Positions 37,843 through 46,901 are shown, numbered from the stretch's first letter. The stretch: DNA of 46,901 nt from Verrucomicrobiales bacterium (GCA_031411295.1 JANOAV010000085.1:1-46901), one strand, 5' to 3'. Program-made: numbers and translations. The notes: a model not told the origin generated them from the sequence alone.

Positions 37843-38715
37843 ATGAGTTTACAGGAAACACCAGCAATTGGCATCATCGGCGGTAGCGGACTTTACGATT
37901 TGGAAGGCTTGACCGAGCGTCAGGAAATCGAAGTGGAAACCCCGTTCGGATTACCGTCGGATAAAATCGTCACCGGCCTGCTGGGCGGACGGAAGATTTG
38001 TTTCCTGCCGCGGCATGGCAAAGGCCACCGCATCCTGCCGCACGAACTCAACCATCAGGCTAACATCTACGCACTGAAATCGCTCGGGGTGCGATTCATC
38101 ATTTGTGTGACGGCGGTGGGCAGCTTGAAGGAAGAATATGCTCCGCGGGACATCGTGTTGATTGATCAATTCTTCGATCGCACCAGCCGTCGGGAGCATC
38201 ACACCTTTTTCGGCCACGGACTGGTGGCCCATGTCGGCTTCAGCGATCCGATTAGCCTGGGACTGCAGGACATTCTTCATGACGTCTGCGTGGCCCAGGG
38301 CCGCAAGGTGCATCGCAATGGAACTTATGTGAATATGGACGGCCCGGCCTTCTCAACGCGCGCCGAGTCTAACGCGAATCGGCAGATGGGCTTTGATGTC
38401 ATTGGGATGACGAATTTACCAGAAGCGAAGCTGGCTCGGGAGGCGGAAATCGCCCTCGCCACGGTGGCGATGATTACAGATTACGATTGTTGGAAAGTGG
38501 AGGAAGAGCCCGTCAGCGCGCATCACGTCATCGGTCATCTCACCGCCAATGCGGCTGCAGCCAAAGCGATCATTGCGGCTGCCATTCCGCTCATCCCCAG
38601 CGTGGCCAACTGGCCGGAGCACAGCGCCCTGGACTCTGCGCTGGTCACGGACAAGAGTCATTGGCCGATTGATACGGTGCGCAAATTGGGCGCCATCGTG
38701 GGGCGCTTTCTCTAA
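37843..38715 (+). CDS. mtnP: S-methyl-5'-thioadenosine phosphorylase
   Basis: GIIGGSG, TPFG.PS, LPRHG..H, AVGSL, GPAFSTRAES, GMT, TDYDCW. Confidence 0.95.
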   Translation: MSLQETPAIGIIGGSGLYDLEGLTERQEIEVETPFGLPSDKIVTGLLGGRKICFLPRHGKGHRILPHELNHQANIYALKSLGVRFIICVTAVGSLKEEYAPRDIVLIDQFFDRTSRREHHTFFGHGLVAHVGFSDPISLGLQDILHDVCVAQGRKVHRNGTYVNMDGPAFSTRAESNANRQMGFDVIGMTNLPEAKLAREAEIALATVAMITDYDCWKVEEEPVSAHHVIGHLTANAAAAKAIIAAAIPLIPSVANWPEHSALDSALVTDKSHWPIDTVRKLGAIVGRFL

Positions 38716-38736
38716 ATTTTCCGGCTCGCAAAACTC

Positions 38737-40185
38737 ATGAATGAACTGCTCACCGCCGCTGCCATGCAGGCCGAAGAGCGGGCCGTATTTGCCACTGGGG
38801 TGAAGGAGGAAACGTTACTGGAAATGGCCGGCCACGCGCTGGCCCGCACCATCGCGCGATATTATCCTGAGGGCGGAACGTTGGTCGTTTTTGCCGGCAA
38901 GGGCCACAATGCGGCGGATGCCTTGGTGGCAGCTCGAGAATTGCGCAAGCTGGACCACTGGGAACTCGACGTGCGGCTGGTATTCGGTCCGCCGGAAATG
39001 AAGCCGCTCGCCCAGCAAAAATTGGCTGAGTTAGGTTGCGCAGCCCATCGCTCGTTAGGAGTTGCCAGCTATGGGGGGCGTGTGGTGATTCTGGATGGGC
39101 TGTTAGGCATCGGAGCCAGCGGTCCGCCGCAGGGCGATCTGGCCGACGCTTGCGCAGCCATCAATCGATGGCGCGATACTTGGCGCGTGCCAGTGGTGGC
39201 GGTGGATTTGCCCTCGGGCTTGGGACATCCCGGCTGCGTGGTGGCGGATCTCACGGTTACGTTCGGTTTCCCCAAGCTGGAACTGGTGGCTGATACCGCC
39301 ACCGAATTCGTGGGCCAAATCGAAGTCTGCGAGTTGGAACATCTCGGCGGAGATCATCCTTCGGCAGGAGACTTCCTCGTCACCTCCGCTTGGGTCCGCG
39401 CTCACTTGCCTGCGCCCCGACGTTTCGCTACCCACAAAGGACAAGCCGGTCGGGTGGGCTTGGTGGCGGGGAGTCGGGGTTGTGTGGGGGCCACCAGATT
39501 GGCCGCCGCTGCGGCCGTGCGTGCTGGAGCGGGGTTGGTGACGTTGTTTGTGCCGGAAGAAATTTACGCCATAGCCGCCGCTGCCGTGATTCCCGAGGTC
39601 ATGGTGCGGACGACCAAGGAATTGAGTGGATTCACCGCCGACGCCTGGGGGATCGGCCCGGGCTTGGGGCCGACGGTTTCCCGCAGCCTCCAGGCTTGGC
39701 TGGAAGCGCTCACCGCTCCTGCGGTGGTCGATGCCGATGCCCTCAACTGGATTTCCCAGACCGGCCTCTGCGGACTGGAATCGCTGGCAGGACCGCGTTT
39801 GCTGACCCCGCATCCAGGGGAAATGAAGCGGCTGCTGGCTCATTGGCGACCAGAGTTATCCGCCGCCACAAGAGCCGAGCAAGTCCGGGAATTCACCCGC
39901 ATTTATCCAGTTAGTTTAGTGCTCAAAGGCGCCCGATCCATCACCGCCCAGGCGGGTCACCCGCTGGCTTATAATTCCAGCGGTGCCCCCACCATGGCCA
40001 GTGGCGGCATGGGGGACATCCTCACAGGCATCTGCACCGCCTTGTTGGCTCAAGGCCTGAATCCTTATGCCGCCGGGGCCGTGGGCTCATGGATCCTGGG
40101 GACTGCCGGTGCCCAGGCGGGAAAACACGGCTACGGGGCCACTTATGTCCTGGAGGAAATCGGGCGAAGCTTAAGCCGGGTCTGA
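38737..40185 (+). CDS. nnr: Bifunctional NAD(P)H-hydrate epimerase/dehydratase (YjeF)
   Basis: GKGHN, DGLLGIG, DLPSG, HKG, GAGLV, GPGLG, DADAL, TPHPGE, GGMGD. Confidence 0.93.
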   Translation: MNELLTAAAMQAEERAVFATGVKEETLLEMAGHALARTIARYYPEGGTLVVFAGKGHNAADALVAARELRKLDHWELDVRLVFGPPEMKPLAQQKLAELGCAAHRSLGVASYGGRVVILDGLLGIGASGPPQGDLADACAAINRWRDTWRVPVVAVDLPSGLGHPGCVVADLTVTFGFPKLELVADTATEFVGQIEVCELEHLGGDHPSAGDFLVTSAWVRAHLPAPRRFATHKGQAGRVGLVAGSRGCVGATRLAAAAAVRAGAGLVTLFVPEEIYAIAAAAVIPEVMVRTTKELSGFTADAWGIGPGLGPTVSRSLQAWLEALTAPAVVDADALNWISQTGLCGLESLAGPRLLTPHPGEMKRLLAHWRPELSAATRAEQVREFTRIYPVSLVLKGARSITAQAGHPLAYNSSGAPTMASGGMGDILTGICTALLAQGLNPYAAGAVGSWILGTAGAQAGKHGYGATYVLEEIGRSLSRV

Positions 40186-40285
40186 TTTCCATCGGACAAA
40201 TCGCCCAGAAGATGATCAACGACCGCTACAACATTGTCTCCTTCCACAGAATTCAGCTTGGTGAGTAATGGGCTATTTCGAGCAT

Positions 40286-40525
40286 CTACGCGCTGGCCCT
40301 ATATTGCTTCGCTAGCGTTCTCTTCTTAGTCAAAATACCAACATCAATCAACGATTGCACTCGTTCCTCACCAGTCATATTTTTGACGCGGCGGATGGCC
40401 GCTGCAAATTGTTCGTCCGTGGGTCCCCTATGGGCAGGGCGCAACCAGATGCCAGAATGGGATTCTGGTTTAGTTTTAGAACCACGTTTAGCTGCTAAAT
40501 TGGTTGCACTGAGTGAGTTTGCCAT
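40286..40525 (-). CDS. Small basic hypothetical protein (candidate antitoxin/partner)
   Basis: 79 aa; ATG lies 3 nt after the upstream stop; C-terminal LIDVGILTKKRTLAKQY. Confidence 0.6.
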   Translation of the reverse strand: MANSLSATNLAAKRGSKTKPESHSGIWLRPAHRGPTDEQFAAAIRRVKNMTGEERVQSLIDVGILTKKRTLAKQYRASA

Positions 40526-40528
40526 GAT

Positions 40529-41124
40529 CTACTTCTCGCCTAGGTCTTCTGCTTGGTCAAGTCTTGAAGGATGAAAATATCCCACAATGGCCGATGGCCT
40601 ACGAACTGCAATTTGGATGTGAGAGAGATCGAAAAAATGCGCCCCTGGATAGCTTGGTTCCCCCTCCAAGAATACCCCACGAATCGTATCGAATTTGGTG
40701 CCCATTTCGTGCTCAATCACGGGTATCGCCCAATTGAGAAAAGCACAATCTAGCCGATGGAAAAATTTCTCGTTCTTGGGTAGCTCCACGTTTGGGTTGC
40801 CGAAGGACTCCTTGAACACAGGGAAAAGCATTTTGAGATAACCGGTAAACCTAACATCCAGAAGATCGAAACAGTTTCCCATTTAAACAATGCACCCACC
40901 ACGGAGGGTTTGCTCACATGACCGTGCTTGCGTTGAGCCATGAACTTGGCCCATTCCAGCGCCCTAGCTGGACCGTGTTCCCAGAAATAAATGCCTGTGC
41001 CTAGCCAATCGTAATCATTCAAGCTAGGCACTAATATATCTCCGTCGAACGCGGCCTTCGCCACCTTGTGGTCACAACCGTGGAAGGCAATAACGAGTCT
41101 TTGATAATCAGAAAATGTCATCAT
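40529..41124 (-). pseudogene. Frameshifted conserved hypothetical gene, possible ADP-ribosyltransferase-like (DUF3990-like) fold
   Basis: ORFs 40750-41124 and 40529-40882 join into one 198-aa protein if one base is added at about 40882 (FHGCD..SLNDYDWLGTGIYFWE..GNCFDL..RLDCA..FDTIRGVFLEG..HIQIAVR). GGAG lies 5 nt before the ATG. Confidence 0.7.
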
Positions 41125-41133
41125 GTTGACTCC

Positions 41134-44100
41134 TCACTTCAGCAACTTTGCCAAGAACGGCCCCGTCCTGCTAGTCTTACTCGCGGCAATGACCTCTGGC
41201 GGGCCAACGGCTACCACGGTTCCGCCACCAGTGCCGGCTTCTGGGCCGATGTCGATTAAGTAATCCGCACTGGCGATGAGTTCCAAGTGGTGCTCGATGA
41301 TGACGACGGTGTGACCTTCGGTTACGAGGCGTTGTAGCAGCGTCAGGAGTTTGGCCACATCCGTTGGATGCAGGCCGATGGTGGGTTCCTCGATGAGGTA
41401 GAGGTTGCTCTTGGGCGTTTGATTTTTGCGCAGGCGGGTCGTTTCCGCCCGGGATTCGCCTCGGCTGAGTTCAGCTACGAGCTTGATGCGCTGGGCTTCT
41501 CCGCCACTCAGCGTAGGGCTGGCTTGGCCGAGTTGCAGGTAGCCCAGGCCCGTTTCTTGGAGCAGGTGCAGCGTTCTGCGGAGCTTGGGGTGGCTGGCGA
41601 AGAACTCGGCGGCTTCGTCAATGCTGAGTTGGCAGACTTGCCCGATGTTCTTGCCGTTGTAGTCGATCTCTAAGGTGGCGCTGTTGAAGCGCATGCCCTG
41701 GCAATCATCGCAGAGCGTGTAACTGCTGGGCAGGAACATCATTTCGTGTTTGATGCGACCGCCGCCACCGCACGTTTCACAGCGACCGCCTTCCGTGTTG
41801 AAGGAGAATCTGCTGGGCGTGAATCCCCGCGCTCGCGCGGCCGGCGTGGCAGCGTAGAGCGCGCGGATGTCGTCGAAGATTTTCAGATAGGTGGCCGGCG
41901 TGCTGCGACTGGTCTTGCCGATGGGGCTTTGATCCACTTCGTAAACGGCCTCCAACCGCTCCACGCCTTGGATGGACGTGTATTGCGGAGCGGGTGGCTT
42001 CTTGGTGGTGCGATTCGGCTTCGTTAAATTTGCCGCCACCGCTGGCATCAGGCAACCGCGCATGAGGCTGCTCTTGCCGCTGCCGCTGATGCCAGTAATC
42101 ACCGTTAGTCGAGCGATCGGAATCTCCACATTGACCCCTTTTAAATTATGCGCCTTGGCTCCTTTGAGCCGCAGCCAATCGTCTGTGGATTTAGCCGCAG
42201 GCAACTTCCGTCGCACATAGGTTTTTCCAAACAGCGCCTCTTGGGAAATGTGCGGGCCCGTCACAGAGTTAGGATTCTGCGTGACCTCCAGCGGCGTGCC
42301 GCTGGCCACGATGGTGCCACCGTTGCGGCCCGCGCCTGGGCCCATATCCAGAATGTGGTCCGCGTGGAGCATCGTTTCTTCGTCATGCTCCACCACCAGC
42401 AGGCTGTTTCCCTTGTCCCGCAAGGCCAGGAGCGTGTGCAGCAGCTTCTCATTGTCCCGCGGATGCAGGCCGATCGTGGGTTCATCCAACACGTAGAGCA
42501 CGCCGGATAAATTTGATCCTAACTGCGCAGCCAGGCGAATGCGCTGGCTTTCTCCGCCGCTTAAGGTCGTGGCTCCGCGGTGTAGATTCAAATAACCCAG
42601 CCCGACTTCTTCCAGGAACTTCAGCCGCTGATCGATCTCCACGCGGATGTCCTGCGCGATAAGTTCTTGCGAGCCAGTAAATTTTAGTTCACTCACGGCC
42701 TCGCGCGCTTCGCCCACGCTAAGCCCATTGATGTCACCAATCGTTTTCCCCAAGACTTGCACATGACTAGCCTCAGCATTTAAACGATGCCCATGGCAGG
42801 ACGGACACTCTTTCAGCTCTTCGTCCCCGGCATTCTCTAGGCGCTGATCCTCATTAAGCTCCGCTTCCATCACGCTGTTAAATCGGGACGTATCCAGCGG
42901 CTTGTTTACGGTTGCGCCCACGCGTCCGTGCCCCCGACACGTGAGACACCAACCATGCGGACTGTTGAAGGAAAACAAGCGAGGGTCCAGCACGTCGAAA
43001 CTGCGCGCACAGCCAGGGCAGGTGCGTTGAGTGCTGAAGACCTCCGGTAAATTATTGGCGTGCACAATGCGCAACACGCCCCGTCCCAAGTCCAAGGCTC
43101 GCGCGACGAGTTGCTCGATTTCGCGCGGCTTGGTGTTGGCATCAATTTTACCCACCACGAGATCGATATGGTGTTCTTTGAACCGCTGCAGCCGCGTGAA
43201 TTTTTCCACCGCCACCACTTTGCCATCAATATAAAGTTCCGGGCAATTCTGCCGGGCCGCCATCGCAGCGATCTTATCATGGAAGCCCTTCCGGCCCCGG
43301 ATGACTGGCGCCATGACGCGAATAGTTTTCCCCGCAGCCCCCGTAGAGGGCGACGTGAGGAGACCAGCATCCTGCTTAGCGGTCCCCTTTCGTGGTGCTG
43401 GTCTCGTTACCTCGCCCTCTACTTGCTGAGCCCGCTCACCAATGCTCCGCGCAATGCTGCTGGCGCTCTGTTCCTTCACGGGCACGTGGCAACTTGGGCA
43501 ATACTGCGTGCCCACTTTGCTGAACAACAGCCGTAGGAAATGATACACCTCCGTGACCGTAGCCACGGTGGACTTCACACCACCGCGCGTAATCCGTTGC
43601 TCAATGGCCACCGTCGGTGGCAGTCCGGAAATGTGATCCACATCCGGGCGCTCCATTTGCTCCACAAACTGCCTGGCATACGTGCTCATGCTGTCGAGGA
43701 ACCGTCGCTGGCCTTCGGCAAATACGAGATCGAACGCCAGCGTGCTTTTGCCAGAGCCACTCAGACCCGTGATCACTACGAACTCATCACGTGGGATGGT
43801 GACGTCGATGTTCTTTAAATTATGTTCCCGCGCGCCATGAATTTGAATGGTGTTGGCATGTGGTGGGGGCATCTTGCCCCCAAGCCCCTCGGCGGGATCG
43901 GCTAGGGGGCAGAATGCCCCCGCCACGTCTAGATATCGCCCGGTGTGGCTGGCCTTACACTCCAGAACCGTTTCCGGCGTGCCGGCTACCACCAGCCTCC
44001 CACCGTCTGCTCCGGCCTCGGGACCCAGATCGATTACCCAGTCCGCCGCGCGAATCACATCCAAATTATGCTCCACGATGAGCAGGCTATTGCCTTGATC

Positions 44101-46737
44101 CACCAATTCCTGGAAGACTTCCAGCAGAAGGGAAACATCATCGAAATGCAAGCCAGTCGTTGGCTCATCGAAGATCAGCAGTGACTTCTTACGACCGCCA
44201 CCACGTTCATTTTCCAACATGTGACCGACCAGCTTCAAACGCTGACTTTCCCCGCCGCTCAAGGTATTCAGCGGTTGGCCGAGCTTCAAATACCCCAGTC
44301 CTACACTGCCTAACCGACGCAGAAGATCCGCCGCTTTGGCAAACTTCGTTTCCTCTTCGCGCGTCATGAAGAAGGCCACCGCCTCTGTAATAGTGAGATC
44401 TAACACGTCAGCGATATTCAACCCATCGCAACGAATCCGCAGTGCTTCGGGCTTGAAACGACGACCATCACACTCGGGACATTGCACGTAGAGATCGCTG
44501 AGAAATTGCATTTCCACTTTTTCGAATCCCGTGCCCGCACACCGACTGCAGCGGCCTGCTCCGGCATTGAAACTAAAGTAACCCGGCCCCAGTTCTTCTG
44601 CTTCGGCCTCGGGCGTCTCCGCAAAGATTTGCCGAATCCATTCAAACGCGCCAATGTAAACCGCAGGTGTGCTCCGGGGAGTGCGGGCCAATGGATTCTG
44701 ATCCACCAACACCAATTGATCAATCCAATCCGCGCCTTGAATTTCCTTGCAGAAACCGGGCTCATTCTCGCTCGTGAGTCCTTTCAGGCGCAGTAAATTT
44801 TCGTAAAGCACCTCATGCACTAACGTGCTCTTTCCACTACCGGAAACACCCGTCACACAGACCAGCAGGCCCAGCGGAATGGTAATGTCCAACTTCTGAA
44901 GATTGTTCGCAGTGGCGCGAATGATCTTCAGCACTTGCTTCGGCTTCACGGGCCGACGTTCCGCTGGGATGGGAACCCATTTGCTGCCACGCAGATAGTC
45001 CGCAGTCAGGGAACTGCCGGGCAGTTTCGGCAGCTTGTGCGGCGGACCGCTGAAGACCAGTTGGCCACCTTCTTCACCCCGCCCGGGACCGATGTCGATG
45101 AGGTTATCCGCTGCGCGAATGATGGACTCTTCGTGCTCTACGACTAGCAAGGTATTCCCCTTGGCCGTGAGTTGTCGCATCACCTCGATGAGCTTTCCCG
45201 TATCGCGCGGATGCAAGCCTACGCTTGGTTCGTCGAGCACGAAGAGGGTATTTACCAACGAGGCACCGAGACAGGTCGTGAGGTTCACGCGCTCCGTTTC
45301 TCCGCCGGAAAGCGTGCGCGTGGCGCGGTCCAAATTTAGGTATCCCAACCCGACCTGCTCCAAGAAATTCAATCGACTGACAATTTCCTTTTGCAGCAAC
45401 CCGACCGTGTCATCCTGCGGCGGCAAGGGGAGTTTGGCGATCTTCGCACCGAGGGTTGAGACCGGAATATCCATCCATTGCGGCAACGTTTCCCCTCCAA
45501 CCCGAAACTGCATCGCTTCTGGTTTCAGCCGTCCGCCGTTGCATTTACGGCACGTGGTGTAGCTGCGGAAGCGACTCAGGAAGACGCGATAGTGCATCTT
45601 ATAGGCCTGCGTGCCCACCCAATCGAAGAAACCACTAACACCATACCAAGCCCCCGCCTGCTGCGCGCCTTCGGGATCGTTTTTATATTTGGGATCGCCT
45701 TCGGTGATGAACTTCTGATCCTCGGGATCCAGTTCATCGAATGGGGTAGTTAGGGGAACGCCTTCCTGCTTGCAGCAGCGTTCCAGATCCTTCTGGGACT
45801 CGTAAAAGACGGTGCCGGAGAACGCCTTCACAAGCCCTTGCTTCACGCTGACGGATTTGTCCGGCATGGCGCGATTCAGATCAATGCCGATGGTGCGTCC
45901 GAAACCCCGACACTCGGGACAAGCGCCTAACGGACTGTTGAAGGAAAAGAGATTTGGCGTAGGTTCGCGCAGGGTGACATCGCACTCGGCACAATGCCAG
46001 CCGGTGCTGAATGATTGGGCTTCGCCAGCTTCAGTATCCACCAGAGTGAGCTTGCCTTTCCCAAGGCGCAGAGCGGTTTCCAGCGCTTCGCTGAGTCGGG
46101 CGGTGGGACCGGAAATTTTGAGTCGGTCCTGAATGACAGGAACGATGGCGGGCAGCGTTTTGCGCTTATAGGCGGCAGGTTCATCGGTGCGATACGTTTC
46201 CCCGAAGAGCCACACCCGCAGGTAGCCCTGACTGGCTAGGAAATCGAAGAACTCGGAAACTACCGTGCCCGCAGGACAAGGAACCGGGATGGTCACTAGC
46301 AGAGTCTTACCGGCAAATTTCTCCTTGGCCGTGGCGGCAATGCTGGATGGGGTATCGGGCTTTACTTCGCGCTGGCAACTGGGGCAGATACCCACGGCCA
46401 GACGTGGAAAGAGCAGCTTCAGGTAATCATTGATCTCCGTCATCGTGCCCACAGTGGACCTCGTGGTGCGGACGCTATTCTGCTGCTCGATGCAAATGGC
46501 GGGGGGGATGCCGGTAATGCTTTCCACCTGCGGCTTGTCCATGCGATCAAAGAACTGCCGGGTGTAAGGGGAAAATGTTTCCACATACCGCCGCTGGCCT
46601 TCGGCATAAATGGTCTGCACTGCCAGGCTGGACTTTCCACTGCCACTGGGGCCGGTGATGACGTTCAGTTTCCCCAACGGAATATCCACATCCACGCTGC
46701 GCAGGTTGTTCTGCCGCGCGCCACGCACCTGGATCAT
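41134..46737 (-). CDS. uvrA: Excinuclease ABC subunit A, double-length (two fused UvrA modules)
   Basis: Four Walker A motifs (GPSGSGKS, GVSGSGKS, GLSGSGKS, GISGSGKS), four LSGGE signatures and several CxxC zinc sites. The true start may lie further upstream. Confidence 0.96.
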   Translation of the reverse strand: MIQVRGARQNNLRSVDVDIPLGKLNVITGPSGSGKSSLAVQTIYAEGQRRYVETFSPYTRQFFDRMDKPQVESITGIPPAICIEQQNSVRTTRSTVGTMTEINDYLKLLFPRLAVGICPSCQREVKPDTPSSIAATAKEKFAGKTLLVTIPVPCPAGTVVSEFFDFLASQGYLRVWLFGETYRTDEPAAYKRKTLPAIVPVIQDRLKISGPTARLSEALETALRLGKGKLTLVDTEAGEAQSFSTGWHCAECDVTLREPTPNLFSFNSPLGACPECRGFGRTIGIDLNRAMPDKSVSVKQGLVKAFSGTVFYESQKDLERCCKQEGVPLTTPFDELDPEDQKFITEGDPKYKNDPEGAQQAGAWYGVSGFFDWVGTQAYKMHYRVFLSRFRSYTTCRKCNGGRLKPEAMQFRVGGETLPQWMDIPVSTLGAKIAKLPLPPQDDTVGLLQKEIVSRLNFLEQVGLGYLNLDRATRTLSGGETERVNLTTCLGASLVNTLFVLDEPSVGLHPRDTGKLIEVMRQLTAKGNTLLVVEHEESIIRAADNLIDIGPGRGEEGGQLVFSGPPHKLPKLPGSSLTADYLRGSKWVPIPAERRPVKPKQVLKIIRATANNLQKLDITIPLGLLVCVTGVSGSGKSTLVHEVLYENLLRLKGLTSENEPGFCKEIQGADWIDQLVLVDQNPLARTPRSTPAVYIGAFEWIRQIFAETPEAEAEELGPGYFSFNAGAGRCSRCAGTGFEKVEMQFLSDLYVQCPECDGRRFKPEALRIRCDGLNIADVLDLTITEAVAFFMTREEETKFAKAADLLRRLGSVGLGYLKLGQPLNTLSGGESQRLKLVGHMLENERGGGRKKSLLIFDEPTTGLHFDDVSLLLEVFQELVDQGNSLLIVEHNLDVIRAADWVIDLGPEAGADGGRLVVAGTPETVLECKASHTGRYLDVAGAFCPLADPAEGLGGKMPPPHANTIQIHGAREHNLKNIDVTIPRDEFVVITGLSGSGKSTLAFDLVFAEGQRRFLDSMSTYARQFVEQMERPDVDHISGLPPTVAIEQRITRGGVKSTVATVTEVYHFLRLLFSKVGTQYCPSCHVPVKEQSASSIARSIGERAQQVEGEVTRPAPRKGTAKQDAGLLTSPSTGAAGKTIRVMAPVIRGRKGFHDKIAAMAARQNCPELYIDGKVVAVEKFTRLQRFKEHHIDLVVGKIDANTKPREIEQLVARALDLGRGVLRIVHANNLPEVFSTQRTCPGCARSFDVLDPRLFSFNSPHGWCLTCRGHGRVGATVNKPLDTSRFNSVMEAELNEDQRLENAGDEELKECPSCHGHRLNAEASHVQVLGKTIGDINGLSVGEAREAVSELKFTGSQELIAQDIRVEIDQRLKFLEEVGLGYLNLHRGATTLSGGESQRIRLAAQLGSNLSGVLYVLDEPTIGLHPRDNEKLLHTLLALRDKGNSLLVVEHDEETMLHADHILDMGPGAGRNGGTIVASGTPLEVTQNPNSVTGPHISQEALFGKTYVRRKLPAAKSTDDWLRLKGAKAHNLKGVNVEIPIARLTVITGISGSGKSSLMRGCLMPAVAANLTKPNRTTKKPPAPQYTSIQGVERLEAVYEVDQSPIGKTSRSTPATYLKIFDDIRALYAATPAARARGFTPSRFSFNTEGGRCETCGGGGRIKHEMMFLPSSYTLCDDCQGMRFNSATLEIDYNGKNIGQVCQLSIDEAAEFFASHPKLRRTLHLLQETGLGYLQLGQASPTLSGGEAQRIKLVAELSRGESRAETTRLRKNQTPKSNLYLIEEPTIGLHPTDVAKLLTLLQRLVTEGHTVVIIEHHLELIASADYLIDIGPEAGTGGGTVVAVGPPEVIAASKTSRTGPFLAKLLK
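43343..43422. repeat. GTAG-tagged REP doublet, family D, inside uvrA
   Basis: Arms GTAGAGGGCGACGTGAGGAGACCAGCA (43343-43369) / TGCTGGTCTCGTTACCTCGCCCTCTAC (43396-43422), 24/27 complementary. Confidence 0.85.
43860..43926. repeat. GTGG-tagged REP doublet, family B, inside uvrA
   Basis: Arms 43860-43886 / 43900-43926, 23/27 complementary; same family as 8911-9011. Confidence 0.9.
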
Positions 46738-46768
46738 GTCCGGGCGGGACGTGGCGCGGGCCTCAGAT

Positions 46769-46901
46769 GTGGCGGGGGCATTATGCCCCCCAGCCTTGGA
46801 GTGTGGTGGTTCGGAGCGCGCTTGCGGCTGGGCTGCTGGGCCCGCTGAGGCGGTGCGGGTCGGCTGCGGGTAGGGGCTGGGGGGCAGAATGCCCCCGCCA
46901 C
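46769..46901. repeat. GTGG-tagged REP doublet, family B, at the 5' end of uvrA
   Basis: Arms GTGGCGGGGGCATTATGCCCCCCAGCC (46769-46795) / GGCTGGGGGGCAGAATGCCCCCGCCAC (46875-46901). Confidence 0.9.

Noticed and set aside
41134..46737. Double-length UvrA as a novelty in itself
   Set aside because: Fused tandem UvrA is already known in Chlamydiae and other PVC bacteria. Only the palindromic inserts are notable.

Overview
A GC-rich bacterial region, most likely from Verrucomicrobiota (PVC superphylum). This is inferred from PEP-CTERM and TIGR02597-like surface proteins, planctomycete-type cytochrome genes (DUF1592/DUF1552, DUF1501) and a double-length uvrA. About 35 genes are present: housekeeping genes (glpX, mtnP, nnr, uvrA, SMUG1-type UDG, ChdC/HemQ, DciA-like, HIT, ferredoxin), secreted hydrolases, and a tightly coupled six-gene cluster of unknown product (FabH-like, SDR, MBL hydrolase, F390-synthetase-like ligase, ATP-grasp, GNAT-like). 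No rRNA, tRNA, CRISPR array or transposase was recognised. Four unrelated palindromic repeat families occur. Two REP-like palindromes lie in frame inside uvrA, and one of them forms nearly the whole linker between its two halves. A GxxExxY nuclease-like gene bracketed by hairpin direct repeats splits a DUF1592-DUF1552 gene pair. A lower-GC two-gene module (frameshifted ADP-ribosyltransferase-like gene plus a small basic protein) sits directly behind uvrA and may be an undescribed toxin-antitoxin or defence pair. All family assignments come from motif recognition by eye, not from database searches.
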